Source of the DNA: Phycisphaeraceae bacterium
Lineage (GTDB): Bacteria; Planctomycetota; Phycisphaerae; Phycisphaerales; Phycisphaeraceae
NCBI GenBank assembly: GCA_963674705.1
Contig: OY771506.1
Location: 5,475,118-5,539,117 of the forward strand
Length of the DNA: 64,000 bases
Reading direction: 5' to 3'
Shown here one piece after another: positions 46,465 to 56,429 of this stretch. Each line of letters begins with the position of its first letter. Positions within the stretch are counted from its first letter, which is position 1. A program made the position numbers and the translations under genes. The notes below the pieces were generated by a model, which saw only the letters and a list, made by a program, of their open reading frames with translations, was not told the DNA's origin and searched no databases.

Positions 46465-47892
46465 TTATTCGTAACTCACTCGCGGGTCCGCCAACGCATA
46501 CAAAATGTCGCGGACCAAATAACTTGCCAGGCCGAGGATGCCGCCGAGCAATGTCACGCCCATGACCACCTCGCGGTCCTTCATGAACGCCGCTTCAACG
46601 CTTAACTTGCCCATCCCCTGGATACTGAAGATTGTTTCCACGACGACCGACCCGACGAACATCATTGGAAGGATCGACGCGACCACGGTGATCAAAGGCA
46701 GGATGCTGTTGCGGAACGCATGCCGGAACAAAACAGTCCGCCCGTCCACACCCTTTGCCCGAGCGGTGCGTACATAATCGGCCGACAGGTTTTCAAGCAG
46801 CGCGCCACGCGCGAGCTTAGCGAGCACCGCGAAACTGCCGTAGCTCAAGCACAACACCGGCAGCACCATGTGCCAGAGCATGTCCACCAGCCAGCCGCGC
46901 TCAAACCCGTTAGCGCCCCACGAAGGCAGGAACGACATCGTGTCCGCGTCCAAGCTGTGAAGCCCCGCCGTGGGGAACCACTTGAAGTAGTCCTTGTTCG
47001 CGAAGTACCCGATCAGCAGCACGCCCGCCCAGATCACGGGCACACACCACAACCCAAGCAGCAAAAAGCCCGAGCCGATATCGAAGAACTTACCATGGTG
47101 TTTTGCTGAATAAATGCCAATGATGATCGCCAGAACATACACCACCGGGATCGTGATAATGTTCAACAGCAGCGTGATCGGCAACGATTCACCCAATAAT
47201 TGACTAACCTGTCTGCCGCGCAAACTCCTGCCGAGGTCCGGCTTCTTGAACGTCGGCCGATTGAAAAGCACGCGGTCCAACGTGCTCGCCTGAAAACTCA
47301 TTTCATCAATCAAGTCCGCGCGCAGACGCATCAGAGTCTGCTCGTCCAGCTTCTTGCCATCGGCATCCGTACCATTTTGCACTGATGCAAGTGTGGTAAG
47401 CATCCTCTCGCTGGGAGTATTACCTAAATACTCACGGAACCAGTCTGTAGGTTTTACCTCCAATTCCATGCCGAAGTGTTGATAGACCTCCATCACAGGC
47501 CGGTCCTCATATCGCGAGGCGGCAAGAATGAACTCAACCGCAGCTCGCCGAGAGCCTTGGGGAATCGCAGCATCAGAAGCCACTTTACTTTCCACCGCCT
47601 CCCGGTCTTCATCATCAATCTCAACATTCGACGAATTCACAAACCCGACCGGTGAGACCTGGTTCAGCCAACGGCCGTACTGGACGATTACCGGCTTATC
47701 CAATCCGTAGCGACGCATCATGTACGCGCGGATCCGTCGGGCCTCTTCGCCTTCAGTCTGTGCGCCGCCCTGGTTCAATAACGACCCGGCAAAGCCGCCC
47801 GGCGCCATCGCCATCACGAAGAACACCACCGCCGTGACGCCCAGGAGCGTCGGTACCATCAGAAATAATCGCCTGATGATGTAATTGATCAT
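46465..47892 (-). CDS. Peptide ABC transporter permease (OppB/DppB-like) with periplasmic insertion
   Basis: YIIRRL, YGLDKP..VQY.RWL, DLGRS, DYVRTARAKG, HAFRNS, LADPRV. Confidence 0.92.
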   Translation of the reverse strand: MINYIIRRLFLMVPTLLGVTAVVFFVMAMAPGGFAGSLLNQGGAQTEGEEARRIRAYMMRRYGLDKPVIVQYGRWLNQVSPVGFVNSSNVEIDDEDREAVESKVASDAAIPQGSRRAAVEFILAASRYEDRPVMEVYQHFGMELEVKPTDWFREYLGNTPSERMLTTLASVQNGTDADGKKLDEQTLMRLRADLIDEMSFQASTLDRVLFNRPTFKKPDLGRSLRGRQVSQLLGESLPITLLLNIITIPVVYVLAIIIGIYSAKHHGKFFDIGSGFLLLGLWCVPVIWAGVLLIGYFANKDYFKWFPTAGLHSLDADTMSFLPSWGANGFERGWLVDMLWHMVLPVLCLSYGSFAVLAKLARGALLENLSADYVRTARAKGVDGRTVLFRHAFRNSILPLITVVASILPMMFVGSVVVETIFSIQGMGKLSVEAAFMKDREVVMGVTLLGGILGLASYLVRDILYALADPRVSYE

Positions 47893-47943
47893 GGCCGTGT
47901 GGTCCCTGTCACTCCGCGTTCGCGTGCCGGTCTATTGTTTACG

Positions 47944-49794
47944 TCAGTTACTGTAACGCTGCTCGCCCGAAGGGACGTACCATTCGTATTCCTGGTTCAG
48001 TCCCAGTGTCGTGACCATCACGTGCTTGAATCGCTTATCGATAAACGCAACCGCCTTGCTCGTGAACAGGAACGTGTACGGCTGCTCCTCGTGCAGAATC
48101 TCGTGCACGCGGTGCCACATCGGCATGCGCTTCTTCTCGTCCATCGTGACACGTGCTTTATCGATCAATTCATCCAGTTCCTTATCGATGAAGTGCACGT
48201 AATTATCGCCGCCGTCGCCGACTTGGCTGGAGTGGAAGATCTGGTAAGGATCGCCCTCCGGCGTGCCGCTCCAACCGAGTGTCATCGCATCGAAGTCGCG
48301 CTGATCGATCCGCTGCAGCATGATCGTCCATTCAAGCGGGTCCGGCTGCATCTGGATCCCCGCACGGGCATACGCATCACGCAGGTAGAACACCATCTCC
48401 TGGTAGTTCGCGCTACTGGCGGGGTAAATCATCTTGAACGTGAAGGGTTTGCCGTCCGCACTTTCAATCACGCCGTCACCATCGCGGTCCTCGTAACCCG
48501 CTTCCTTCAAAAGCACCTTGGCTCTTTCAGGATCGTAAGGCCAGGGCTCGACCTTCGGGCTGTCCTGATTGCCCTTGCGGTGGAACGGCCCCGTCGCCGG
48601 CGTCGCCAGACCCACCATCAGCCGCTGACACATCTCAGGCCGATTCGTCAGCATCGTCATCGCCTGACGCACGCGCTTATCCGCGAACCGCGACGGCTCG
48701 CCGTCCTTGCCTATCTGGTTCCACGCGATGTATCGATACCCCGTGTTCACCGTCTCGAACTCGTACATGTCCGCCTGTTCGAGCAGTTGTTGATTGTTCT
48801 TCAAGGAAAGATACTGCTCGGGAGTCGCGCCGTAACGATCCAGTTCGCCGTTCGTGAAAGTCGTTAGCCTGGCCGTGTCATCAGTGATCTCGCGGAAAAC
48901 CAGCCGATCGATCGCGGGTTCGACGCCCCAGTACTGGTCGTTGCGCACCAGCTCGATCTTGCCCGAACCAGGCGCCCACAGCTTTGGATCGATCGACAGC
49001 TTGTAAGGCCCGGAACCAAACAGCAGCCCCGGCATCTCGTTGTATTCTTCAGGCGTGAACTGGCTGTAGAACTTCTCAGACAGAATCCCCATCCCGCCAC
49101 AGAAGTCGAAGCTCTTGAAGTAAGGCTCACGCAGCTTGAAGACCACACGGTAGTCGCCGTCCTTCTCGACCGATTCCAGCTTCTCGTAGTAGGCACGTGA
49201 CCGCGGCGCAGCGATCTTCGGGTTCATAATCAGGTTGTACGTGTACACCACATCGTTCGCAGTGACGGGCGAACCATCCGAGAACTTCGCGTCACGTCGC
49301 ATGTCGAACGTGATCGACAGACCGTCCTCACTGATATCCCACGATTCGGCGATCAACGGCTTCCACTCGAGCGTATCCGGATCGCGGTCGGCCAAAGCCT
49401 GAACGATGAAAGATTCCAGCAGGCTCTGATAAACGTCGCTTGAAACGTGAGGCGTGAGTTTGCCCACACTGACGCCGAACGCCCGGATCACCCAGTCGCC
49501 GCGTGCGTAGTCAGGCTCAGCTTTCGCAGCAAGAACACGGTCGAACGCGGGCGGTGTATCCACACTCCCGGCAGGATTCACACCGCCATTGCCAATCTGC
49601 GCTACGGTCACGCCTTGCTCGAGCAGTTCGTTGAGCTTACGCAATTGCGATGTCTGCTCTTGTGCTTGTAAGTTGAGCTTGGCAAGCTCATCCCACTGCC
49701 GGTCGATCTGCTTCATCGCGATCCAAACGCTGACGATCAGCGCCACCAGCAGCGTGCTAATCAATAGGTCTTTGAAGCCGAATCGGTTTTCCAT
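47944..49794 (-). CDS. Peptide ABC transporter substrate-binding protein (family 5)
   Basis: IAESWDIS.DG, FSDG.PVTA.DV, GSGPY, RVRQA, YDPERAK.LL.EAG. Start moved to MENRF. Confidence 0.92.
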   Translation of the reverse strand: MENRFGFKDLLISTLLVALIVSVWIAMKQIDRQWDELAKLNLQAQEQTSQLRKLNELLEQGVTVAQIGNGGVNPAGSVDTPPAFDRVLAAKAEPDYARGDWVIRAFGVSVGKLTPHVSSDVYQSLLESFIVQALADRDPDTLEWKPLIAESWDISEDGLSITFDMRRDAKFSDGSPVTANDVVYTYNLIMNPKIAAPRSRAYYEKLESVEKDGDYRVVFKLREPYFKSFDFCGGMGILSEKFYSQFTPEEYNEMPGLLFGSGPYKLSIDPKLWAPGSGKIELVRNDQYWGVEPAIDRLVFREITDDTARLTTFTNGELDRYGATPEQYLSLKNNQQLLEQADMYEFETVNTGYRYIAWNQIGKDGEPSRFADKRVRQAMTMLTNRPEMCQRLMVGLATPATGPFHRKGNQDSPKVEPWPYDPERAKVLLKEAGYEDRDGDGVIESADGKPFTFKMIYPASSANYQEMVFYLRDAYARAGIQMQPDPLEWTIMLQRIDQRDFDAMTLGWSGTPEGDPYQIFHSSQVGDGGDNYVHFIDKELDELIDKARVTMDEKKRMPMWHRVHEILHEEQPYTFLFTSKAVAFIDKRFKHVMVTTLGLNQEYEWYVPSGEQRYSN

Positions 49795-49870
49795 CCTTGC
49801 CTCACTGGATACAGCCAACCCTGACGCGATCGGCACAAGCCGACGATCAAGGCGTTCGTTTCGGGTTTAA

Positions 49871-50908
49871 TCAGGTCTTCGCACGTCTCGGGTCAAGTCT
49901 GTTACGTAACGCATCGCCCAGAAAGTTTAGCGCCATCAACGTCAAGCCCAAGAGCAGGCACGGGAAAAACAGCATCCACCAGTCGACCGCGGCGACTTTC
50001 ATAAACACATTGGATTCAGACTGCAGCGCCAAACGGTTCAACTGCGGCAGCCCCTCCGACGCCAGGTTCCCCCAGCTTGGCACCGGGCTCTGCACACCGA
50101 TCCCCAGGAAGCTGAGGAACGACTCCTGCAAGATCGCCTGCGGCACCGTCAGCGTCGCATACACAACGATCGGCCCGACAAGGTTCGGCAGCAGGTGAAC
50201 ACGCAGCGTACGGAAGTGCCCCGTCCCCACCGAGCGAGCCGCTTCCATGAAAGGCTGACTACGCAGGCTCAAGACCTGTCCTCGGATCACACGCGCCATC
50301 GTCAACCAACTCACGCCCCCGATCGCCGCTAAAAGCGTCACGATCCCCGCCAGCTCATCAGCAGAGGATTCGGTCATCATGGGTAGATTCTTCAGCCCGC
50401 CGTTGATAATCGGCTTAAGCGCGATGTTCATCAACACCACCAGCAGGATGTAGGGCAAGCCATAAAGCACGTCCACGATTCTCATCATGAACGAATCGAC
50501 CCGTCCGCCGATATAACCCGCTGTCGCCCCCCACGTTACGCCGATGCCGACAGCCAGTAATGCGGCGCAGCCGCCGATACCCAGGCTGATCGCCCCCCCA
50601 AGCAAACATCGCCACAGCAGCGACCGCCCGAACAGGTCCGTACCCATCGGCTCGGACAACGCATCCTTAATACTCAGCCCGTCCCCCCGCATCAGCGACC
50701 CGCCCTCAGCGACCCAGCCCGGCGGCTGCAACGCCAAACCCTCAGCGATCCGGTGCTCGTCGTAATGCTGTAATGACCACGGCAACAAAACAAAACATGG
50801 CACCGCGATCAGGATCAACAGCACCGCACCGACCCACCCTGCGGATAAACGGGGGGTCCACGTCCGTACATTCATCGAAATCGGAGCCGGCGCAGCCGCG
50901 TCTGACAT
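49871..50908 (-). CDS. Second OppC/DppC-like permease
   Basis: MGTDLFGRSL, ARVIRGQVLSL, HLLPN, ESFLSFLGIG, GDALRNRLDP. Confidence 0.9.
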   Translation of the reverse strand: MSDAAAPAPISMNVRTWTPRLSAGWVGAVLLILIAVPCFVLLPWSLQHYDEHRIAEGLALQPPGWVAEGGSLMRGDGLSIKDALSEPMGTDLFGRSLLWRCLLGGAISLGIGGCAALLAVGIGVTWGATAGYIGGRVDSFMMRIVDVLYGLPYILLVVLMNIALKPIINGGLKNLPMMTESSADELAGIVTLLAAIGGVSWLTMARVIRGQVLSLRSQPFMEAARSVGTGHFRTLRVHLLPNLVGPIVVYATLTVPQAILQESFLSFLGIGVQSPVPSWGNLASEGLPQLNRLALQSESNVFMKVAAVDWWMLFFPCLLLGLTLMALNFLGDALRNRLDPRRAKT

Positions 50909-50994
50909 GCGTCGGAGTATAGCTTAGTTACGTAATAACAACACATCGGACCCGCCCTACAGCCCCCCCAAAGCCCGATCCCCCCAACCTAAAA

Positions 50995-51049
50995 CCCGGT
51001 CATAGCCTTACCTCAAAGCCCGGTCATAGCCCAAAGGGCTTTGGCCGGG
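50995..51049. repeat. Tandem 13-bp repeat plus REP-like hairpin
   Basis: cccggtcatagcc at 50995 and 51019. The second copy pairs with gggctttggccggg. Confidence 0.55.
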
Positions 51050-51075
51050 ATCACATCTACCATTTTGTGTCCCCC

Positions 51076-51612
51076 TCACCTTACCGCCAACTCCATATTC
51101 GCCTGAAAATCTTCCAGGCTGTACACCTGCGCCGCCCCATCAACCGTCGCCGCGTTGATCTTTCCTTCAGCATGCCGCTCACTGAGGTCTTCAAACACCA
51201 GGATCAGCTCCGGCGGCGCTGATGCCAGCATCTTGCCCGACAGGCTGGATTCATCCTCATCCACCTCGAACCACTCGCGCCAGCCGTAGCTCAATCCCGG
51301 ATAGCCGTCGGCAGAGGCTTCGATCGCGTCATCATCCGCAGGGCAGACGAAGATCGTCTCGTCCGTGCCCAGTTGATCCTGGACCAGCACGTCCCACGCC
51401 TCATCCGTATCGATCCCGGGCAGCTTACCGCCGTTGGCATCTGCCAGCATGTGAAAGCCGTCCGCGATCTGGCGCATCTGGCTCAGACAGATCGCCGACT
51501 TGGCGGTCGCCCGCGCCTGTGCGATCGCCGGGAGGATGATCCCGACTACCAACGCCAGGATCGCGATCACCATCAGTAACTCGATCAAGGTAAACGCCTG
51601 TCGCCGCTTCAT
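51076..51612 (-). CDS. Prepilin-type N-terminal cleavage/methylation protein (H-X9-DG type)
   Basis: AFTLIELLMVIAILALVVGIILPAIAQARATA...CLSQMRQ; RHAEGKINAATVDG. Confidence 0.88.
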   Translation of the reverse strand: MKRRQAFTLIELLMVIAILALVVGIILPAIAQARATAKSAICLSQMRQIADGFHMLADANGGKLPGIDTDEAWDVLVQDQLGTDETIFVCPADDDAIEASADGYPGLSYGWREWFEVDEDESSLSGKMLASAPPELILVFEDLSERHAEGKINAATVDGAAQVYSLEDFQANMELAVR

Positions 51613-51636
51613 AGCTGAACCCCTCATGTCAAAGCC

Positions 51637-51692
51637 AAAGAAAAGAGATGGGGCCGGGTCGGATCAAGGGGGCATGCACCGTGCCCGGCCCC
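51637..51692 (-). terminator. Probable intrinsic terminator
   Basis: ggggccggg...cccggcccc stem with an A-rich run on + (U-tail on minus), downstream of the stop at 51710. Confidence 0.5.
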
Positions 51693-51709
51693 ACAACCGT
51701 GCCAAGCAC

Positions 51710-52243
51710 TTATTCCGTTGTGGTATCCACCGGGACCGGTCGGCCACGCACGACACCCCGCAAAATGTCAGGCGGTAACTCGTCGCTTGAATCCACCGCT
51801 TCCTTAGCGCGGAACTTACCGATCATCTTCAGGCGATTACCCTGGCCGCGCAGACTGACCACGATGCCGACCTTCTCGAAAGTCACATCGCCGTTGGCAT
51901 CCGTCACCGTTGCCGTGCCCGTGCCGGCAAACAGTCGTGCCCGACCGACACGCTCCAGATCGCCGTCCGGCGTCACCGACAGCGTCCGATCGCCATTGAC
52001 CTGCGTCAGCTCTTCCAGTGAAAGGCTGACCGCGGTACGACTGACATCCGCTTCACCCTCACCTAAGAACCGTACTCGCAGACGTCCGCCATCCTCGACA
52101 TTGCTCGTTGCGTAGACAGCCCCGCTCTTGACCGCGAACGGCACACTGGTAGTACTGTCATCACTGCTCTGCGCCATCACCGGCGCACCTAATAAACAAC
52201 ACAATGCCGCAGCCGAAATCCATCTCCATCGTTGTCTGATCAT
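51710..52243 (-). CDS. Secreted hypothetical beta-rich protein
   Basis: AAGGAG before MIRQRWRW; signal peptide ending VMA-Q. Confidence 0.7.
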   Translation of the reverse strand: MIRQRWRWISAAALCCLLGAPVMAQSSDDSTTSVPFAVKSGAVYATSNVEDGGRLRVRFLGEGEADVSRTAVSLSLEELTQVNGDRTLSVTPDGDLERVGRARLFAGTGTATVTDANGDVTFEKVGIVVSLRGQGNRLKMIGKFRAKEAVDSSDELPPDILRGVVRGRPVPVDTTTE

Positions 52244-52515
52244 GCCTTGTCTCCTTCTACTACTGAGTGGGTAACAGCGCAGAAACAGCCTCACCGTTTA
52301 AGGCTTTGCGCATAACAATCGCTCACAAAACTCAGTCCGCGTGTCGGCTCATACCCGACGCGCCAAGGCAGGATCAGAAGTGCAACGGTTGCCTGCCAGG
52401 ATGCGTAGCCAACGTTTGGAAGATTAACGGCCGACCCGCCAATCTATTGCCGAACACACCCTAAAATACGTGACAGGATCACAAGAGGTGACAAGAATTA
52501 ACCAATCTCTAGCTT

Positions 52516-52869
52516 TCAGCCCCACGCCTTTTCAAAGACATCCGGCTTGAACCTGACGGTAAAACGCTTGCCATCGGTCACGATCGGCCGTTTGCAGAGC
52601 TTGCCGTTCTCGGCAAGCAGCTTGATAGCCTCCGCCTGCGACATTGATCCGAGCTTGTCCTTGATCTTCAATTGCCTATAGAGCTCACCTGATGTGTTAA
52701 ACAAGTGCTTTAATTCGTACTCACCTGATGCGAGTATCTTCTTAAGCAGAGCCTGACTCGGCGGCTTTTCCACGATCGGGATCGACTTGTATTCCACACC
52801 CTTCTCATCCAGCCACTTCTTCGCGTTCCGGCACGTCCCGCACTTGTCATAACCGTAAAAATCAAGCAT
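52516..52869 (-). CDS. ArsC/Spx-family thioredoxin-fold protein
   Basis: YGYDKCGTCRNAKKWL, LFNTSG..YR, KRPI. Confidence 0.9.
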   Translation of the reverse strand: MLDFYGYDKCGTCRNAKKWLDEKGVEYKSIPIVEKPPSQALLKKILASGEYELKHLFNTSGELYRQLKIKDKLGSMSQAEAIKLLAENGKLCKRPIVTDGKRFTVRFKPDVFEKAWG

Positions 52870-52894
52870 TGCCTAACCTCAATATCAATGAGTA

Positions 52895-52998
52895 ACAGGG
52901 ATGGACACAGATTAACACGGATGAAGAGAATGCAAAGTGAAGTAACTGCTAACGCCTTGGCTCACTTCTTATCCGTGTCCATCCGTGTTCATCCCTGT
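52895..52998. repeat. Inverted-repeat element built from ~10-bp ACACGGATG units
   Basis: acagggatggacacagattaacacggat (52895-52922) / atccgtgtccatccgtgttcatccctgt (52971-52998). Confidence 0.7.
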
Positions 52999-53930
52999 CC
53001 CTTAGATTCTGTCAGTGTCTTCACGATCGCCCTCACCGAAGACCTGCGTGTGAAGTAACCCAGGTGTGACTGCATAAGCGCTGCGCCGCGCACGAAGTCA
53101 CGATAGCAACGCACGGGCTGATCGATCGGTTCCGTCCCGTCGTGCAAGCGGAAAAGATCGCGTACGCCGAACGCCAGCAGGTCCAGTTCGTCCCAGATAT
53201 TTGTCCACTTGCCGATCGTTTCAGGCAGCGTGATCGGCTCGCCTTCATACGCGGGTAACTTCCCCGAACGCGGGTCCAGCAGATGGAAGAAACTGGGCTG
53301 ACTGCCCAGCGTGATGAACTGATCGATGTAGAGCGGATCGTGCTCAGTCGTCGCCATATCAAAACTGATCACGCCGCCGAGGCTGTGCGCGATCACGGTG
53401 ACGGGTTTCTCTGCCGTGCCGTATTCCGGACCAAGTTCCTTGTCGATCACGGACCGCATGCGCGCATGCACCAGCGCCCGCCGGCCCTGACTCTGGTAGG
53501 TGATCACATCCGCAAGGAAAGGTAATAGCGCCGCGGTCAGTGCGATCCGCATATCCTGGAACTTGCCGTTGACATACCCCCGCACCCGGCCGCGCAGGTC
53601 GTCATGCAGCTTGCCGACCTCCTCATTGATCTCATCGGCGGTCGCGTAATCCCCACGGGCTTTGGACACCAATGCCATCGCCCAGCCCAGTTGCGACGCC
53701 ACCGTCGCCGCGACCGAATCCGCCATCATGTTCCTCATCCCTTCGGACCGTTCAGGCCTGCGCGCGATGACCTTTTCGAGATGCTCGTCGCTAGCCCCCA
53801 GGTCCCCCCAGAACACCGGGATCAGGTCAAACGCTTCGCCCAACTCCTCACCTAACCCCTCCACCGTCCTGAGAAACTTGGCAGGATTACGGATCGCGAT
53901 CCCATGAATAACGACCACCGGCTTAGTCAT
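52989..53930 (-). CDS. Alpha/beta-hydrolase-fold hypothetical protein
   Basis: VVIHGI, IAHSLGG nucleophile elbow, FITLGSQ, WTNIWD..D, SHLGY. Confidence 0.75.
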   Translation of the reverse strand: MTKPVVVIHGIAIRNPAKFLRTVEGLGEELGEAFDLIPVFWGDLGASDEHLEKVIARRPERSEGMRNMMADSVAATVASQLGWAMALVSKARGDYATADEINEEVGKLHDDLRGRVRGYVNGKFQDMRIALTAALLPFLADVITYQSQGRRALVHARMRSVIDKELGPEYGTAEKPVTVIAHSLGGVISFDMATTEHDPLYIDQFITLGSQPSFFHLLDPRSGKLPAYEGEPITLPETIGKWTNIWDELDLLAFGVRDLFRLHDGTEPIDQPVRCYRDFVRGAALMQSHLGYFTRRSSVRAIVKTLTESKGQG

Positions 53931-54104
53931 GGCAGCATTGTAATGAGGTTTGGTGTCCTGGGTACGAGAATCGAGCCCGGGCAATTCCCAAATATTAATC
54001 AGAAATCTACAGGTCTATCCCCCCCAGAACGCCGAACCCAAGACCCCGAACCGACATACCAATTTGAATCAACCCCAAACACGGGCTATCCTTGTTGGGT
54101 TCAG

Positions 54105-54178
54105 GCACCAGTAGCTCAATTGGATAGAGCAGCGGTCTACGGAACCGCAGGTTAGAGGTTCGAATCCTCTCTGGTGCA
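54105..54178 (+). tRNA. tRNA-Arg (anticodon ACG), CCA not encoded
   Basis: Acceptor gcaccag/ctggtgc; D-arm gctc-aattggata-gagc; anticodon arm gcggt-ctACGga-accgc; T-arm agagg-ttcgaat-cctct. Confidence 0.97.
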
Positions 54179-54216
54179 TTGCCCGTAACCGCCTGATACA
54201 GGCTGGAGATACCACG

Positions 54217-54501
54217 ATGATCCTCCACTACACACCGACGATCGGTTTTTTCAATGGCGGCCTCGGCTGGATGGAAATCACCGTCCTCATGGTGCTGGGC
54301 GTTCTGATCTTCGGCAAACGCCTGCCGGAAGTCGGCAAAAGCATCGGCAAAGGCATCGTTGAGTTCAAAAAGGGCCTGGCCGGTATCGAAGACGACATCG
54401 AAACCTCCACCAAGCAGCCCCCCCGGATCGAACAGCACAAGTCCGAAAGCGTCGACTCCACCACCACCGCCGAAAAAACCGAATCCAACCACACAGCCTG
54501 A
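54217..54501 (+). CDS. tatA: Twin-arginine translocase TatA/TatE subunit
   Basis: LGWMEI...VLIFGKRLPEVGKSIGKGIVEFKKGL. Confidence 0.92.
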   Translation: MILHYTPTIGFFNGGLGWMEITVLMVLGVLIFGKRLPEVGKSIGKGIVEFKKGLAGIEDDIETSTKQPPRIEQHKSESVDSTTTAEKTESNHTA

Positions 54502-54539
54502 TTCGCCCCCCGGATCTGCTCACAACAAAACAACCCCCC

Positions 54540-54574
54540 GAAGCCCACGTTCGCCGAACGTGGGCTTCTTCTTG
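54540..54574 (+). terminator. Terminator / REP-like hairpin after tatA
   Basis: gaagcccacgttc-gcc-gaacgtgggcttc followed by ttcttg. Confidence 0.7.
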
Positions 54575-54646
54575 TAACAACACTCAACAATAAACCCTCT
54601 ACCTCTTTCCTGTCGCCCCACTGCCTAACCCGCCGATAACTTGAAT

Positions 54647-56203
54647 ATGAGCTATCCCGCGCCCCGAGTTTCAGTCCTGATCCCGAACTACAACAACGGC
54701 AAAGCCTCCTCACACGACGGCCAAACCGACCTGATCGGCGACCTGTTGCAGTCCCTGCACGACACGCTGCACGACGATCCCACCCCACTGGAGATCATCG
54801 CCTACGACGATGGCTCAGACGATGACAGCCTCGATACCCTACGCCTTTGGTCAAAGAAAACCTGGCGGGACGGCCAACCGTTCATAGTGCTCATCGAGGC
54901 TGAGCACACCGGCATCCTCTCCATCGGGGCCAACCGACTCGTCCGCGAATCCCAAGGCGAATTCCTCGCCCGTCTCGACGGCGACACCCAGATGCTGACC
55001 CGCCATTGGGCGACCAAGCTATGCCAGACCTTCGACCAGGCCCCGCCCCGTCTTGGCGTCGTCGGCCCTAAACAACTACGCCCGGATGGCAAGATCCACG
55101 CCTTCGGCGACTGGCTGCTGCACCCCAAGGGCTACCACCACATCGCGGTCGGCGCCGATCCTGAGCTGATCAACCAGGCGATGGAAGTCGACCACGTCAT
55201 GGGCTGTTTTTACTGCTGCAAACGCACGGTTTACGACGAAGTCGGCGGGTACGACGAAAAAATCCTTCGCGGCCAGACGATCGACTTCGGCCTGAACGCA
55301 CGCCTGAAAGGCTGGGCCTGCTGGGCCATCCCCCAGATCGAATACATCCACCGCCACGGCCTGCGCGGCGCTCGGAAAACAGAGGCCGACACTCAGGAAG
55401 GCATCAAGAAGACACTCGATGTCTTCGAGCAGAAGTGGGGCTTCGACCGCCTTTCGCCCGACCTCGACTTTGTCCGCAAGAAGTTTGCAGGCACGCCGCT
55501 GCTCTGGAACGCCGAGGTCTTCGGCACACTGCCCCCGGGATTGGAGCAAGCTTCAACTGCTGACATCGCCTCCCTGCCGATCGAACAGAGCGTCTGGACG
55601 CGCTACAGCACGGATGAGAAGTTTAAGCAACTGACGGATACCAACATCCACATCACACTGCAGGTCGTCGCGCAAACCACTAAGCCAAAGAAGGTTGCGG
55701 TAATCGGCTGCGACGCCGGGCTGACGACGCACCTGCTGGCAGGCCAAGGTCTGAACTGCATCGCAACGCACACCGACCCGGCCAAAATCGGCCTTGCAGA
55801 AAAATGCATCGGCACCCAGGTCTATCCCGCGGATAAGCCCCAGTTCCTGCATCAGAAACACCCGAGCCGGCTGCCCATCACTGATGGCAGCGTGGATATG
55901 GCTTTGCTGTTCAACCAGATCGAACAGCATCACAACCCCATCGCATTACTTCGCGAATCCAAACGCATCCTCAAACCCGGCGGCATCCTCGTCATCGTCA
56001 CCAAACGCCAGCACCAGGCACGCAACATGCAGGAGTACAACCGCTGCTACCACGTCAATGAACTGATGGCGCAGGTCAACGCCGCGGGCGGATACCAGCC
56101 GATCTCCGACCCACGCCAGGGCGATCCGACTCATCCGCTGTTCGTTCTCTTCAAACGCACCGCCCCCGCTGCAAATAAACCCAACCCCGCGGAGGCTGCC
56201 TAA
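54647..56203 (+). CDS. GT2 glycosyltransferase fused to a class I methyltransferase-like domain
   Basis: VSVLIPNYN, YDDGSDD, RLDGD, VGGYDE; C-terminal LPITDGSVD...EQHHNP..LLRE..RILKPGG. Confidence 0.85.
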   Translation: MSYPAPRVSVLIPNYNNGKASSHDGQTDLIGDLLQSLHDTLHDDPTPLEIIAYDDGSDDDSLDTLRLWSKKTWRDGQPFIVLIEAEHTGILSIGANRLVRESQGEFLARLDGDTQMLTRHWATKLCQTFDQAPPRLGVVGPKQLRPDGKIHAFGDWLLHPKGYHHIAVGADPELINQAMEVDHVMGCFYCCKRTVYDEVGGYDEKILRGQTIDFGLNARLKGWACWAIPQIEYIHRHGLRGARKTEADTQEGIKKTLDVFEQKWGFDRLSPDLDFVRKKFAGTPLLWNAEVFGTLPPGLEQASTADIASLPIEQSVWTRYSTDEKFKQLTDTNIHITLQVVAQTTKPKKVAVIGCDAGLTTHLLAGQGLNCIATHTDPAKIGLAEKCIGTQVYPADKPQFLHQKHPSRLPITDGSVDMALLFNQIEQHHNPIALLRESKRILKPGGILVIVTKRQHQARNMQEYNRCYHVNELMAQVNAAGGYQPISDPRQGDPTHPLFVLFKRTAPAANKPNPAEAA

Positions 56204-56429
56204 GCTAATACGGCACGGCTGAGGCGGCTTCAGCCGCCGGCTCTTACCCCCCCAAACACCAAAATCCCAAACCCCACAACCCCACCCCAACAACCCGCCT
56301 ATCCTTCCTTCAACGAGCGATAAAAATCTTCAGACCGCTAGCCAATACCGCCGATGTTTTGTTAGCTTATCCACGTGGCCGAGAGGGGCCCGCGCTCAAG
56401 CAACCGAGAACGCCAACACAGGTTTCAAC

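Noticed and set aside
54105..54216. Genomic island integrated at tRNA-Arg
   Set aside because: No adjacent integrase and no duplicated tRNA 3' end was seen in the window; tatA follows directly.
54615..54640. sigma28-type promoter (GCCGATAA) before the GT2-MTase gene
   Set aside because: The -10 match is present but there is no TAAA -35 at the expected spacing, so support is insufficient.
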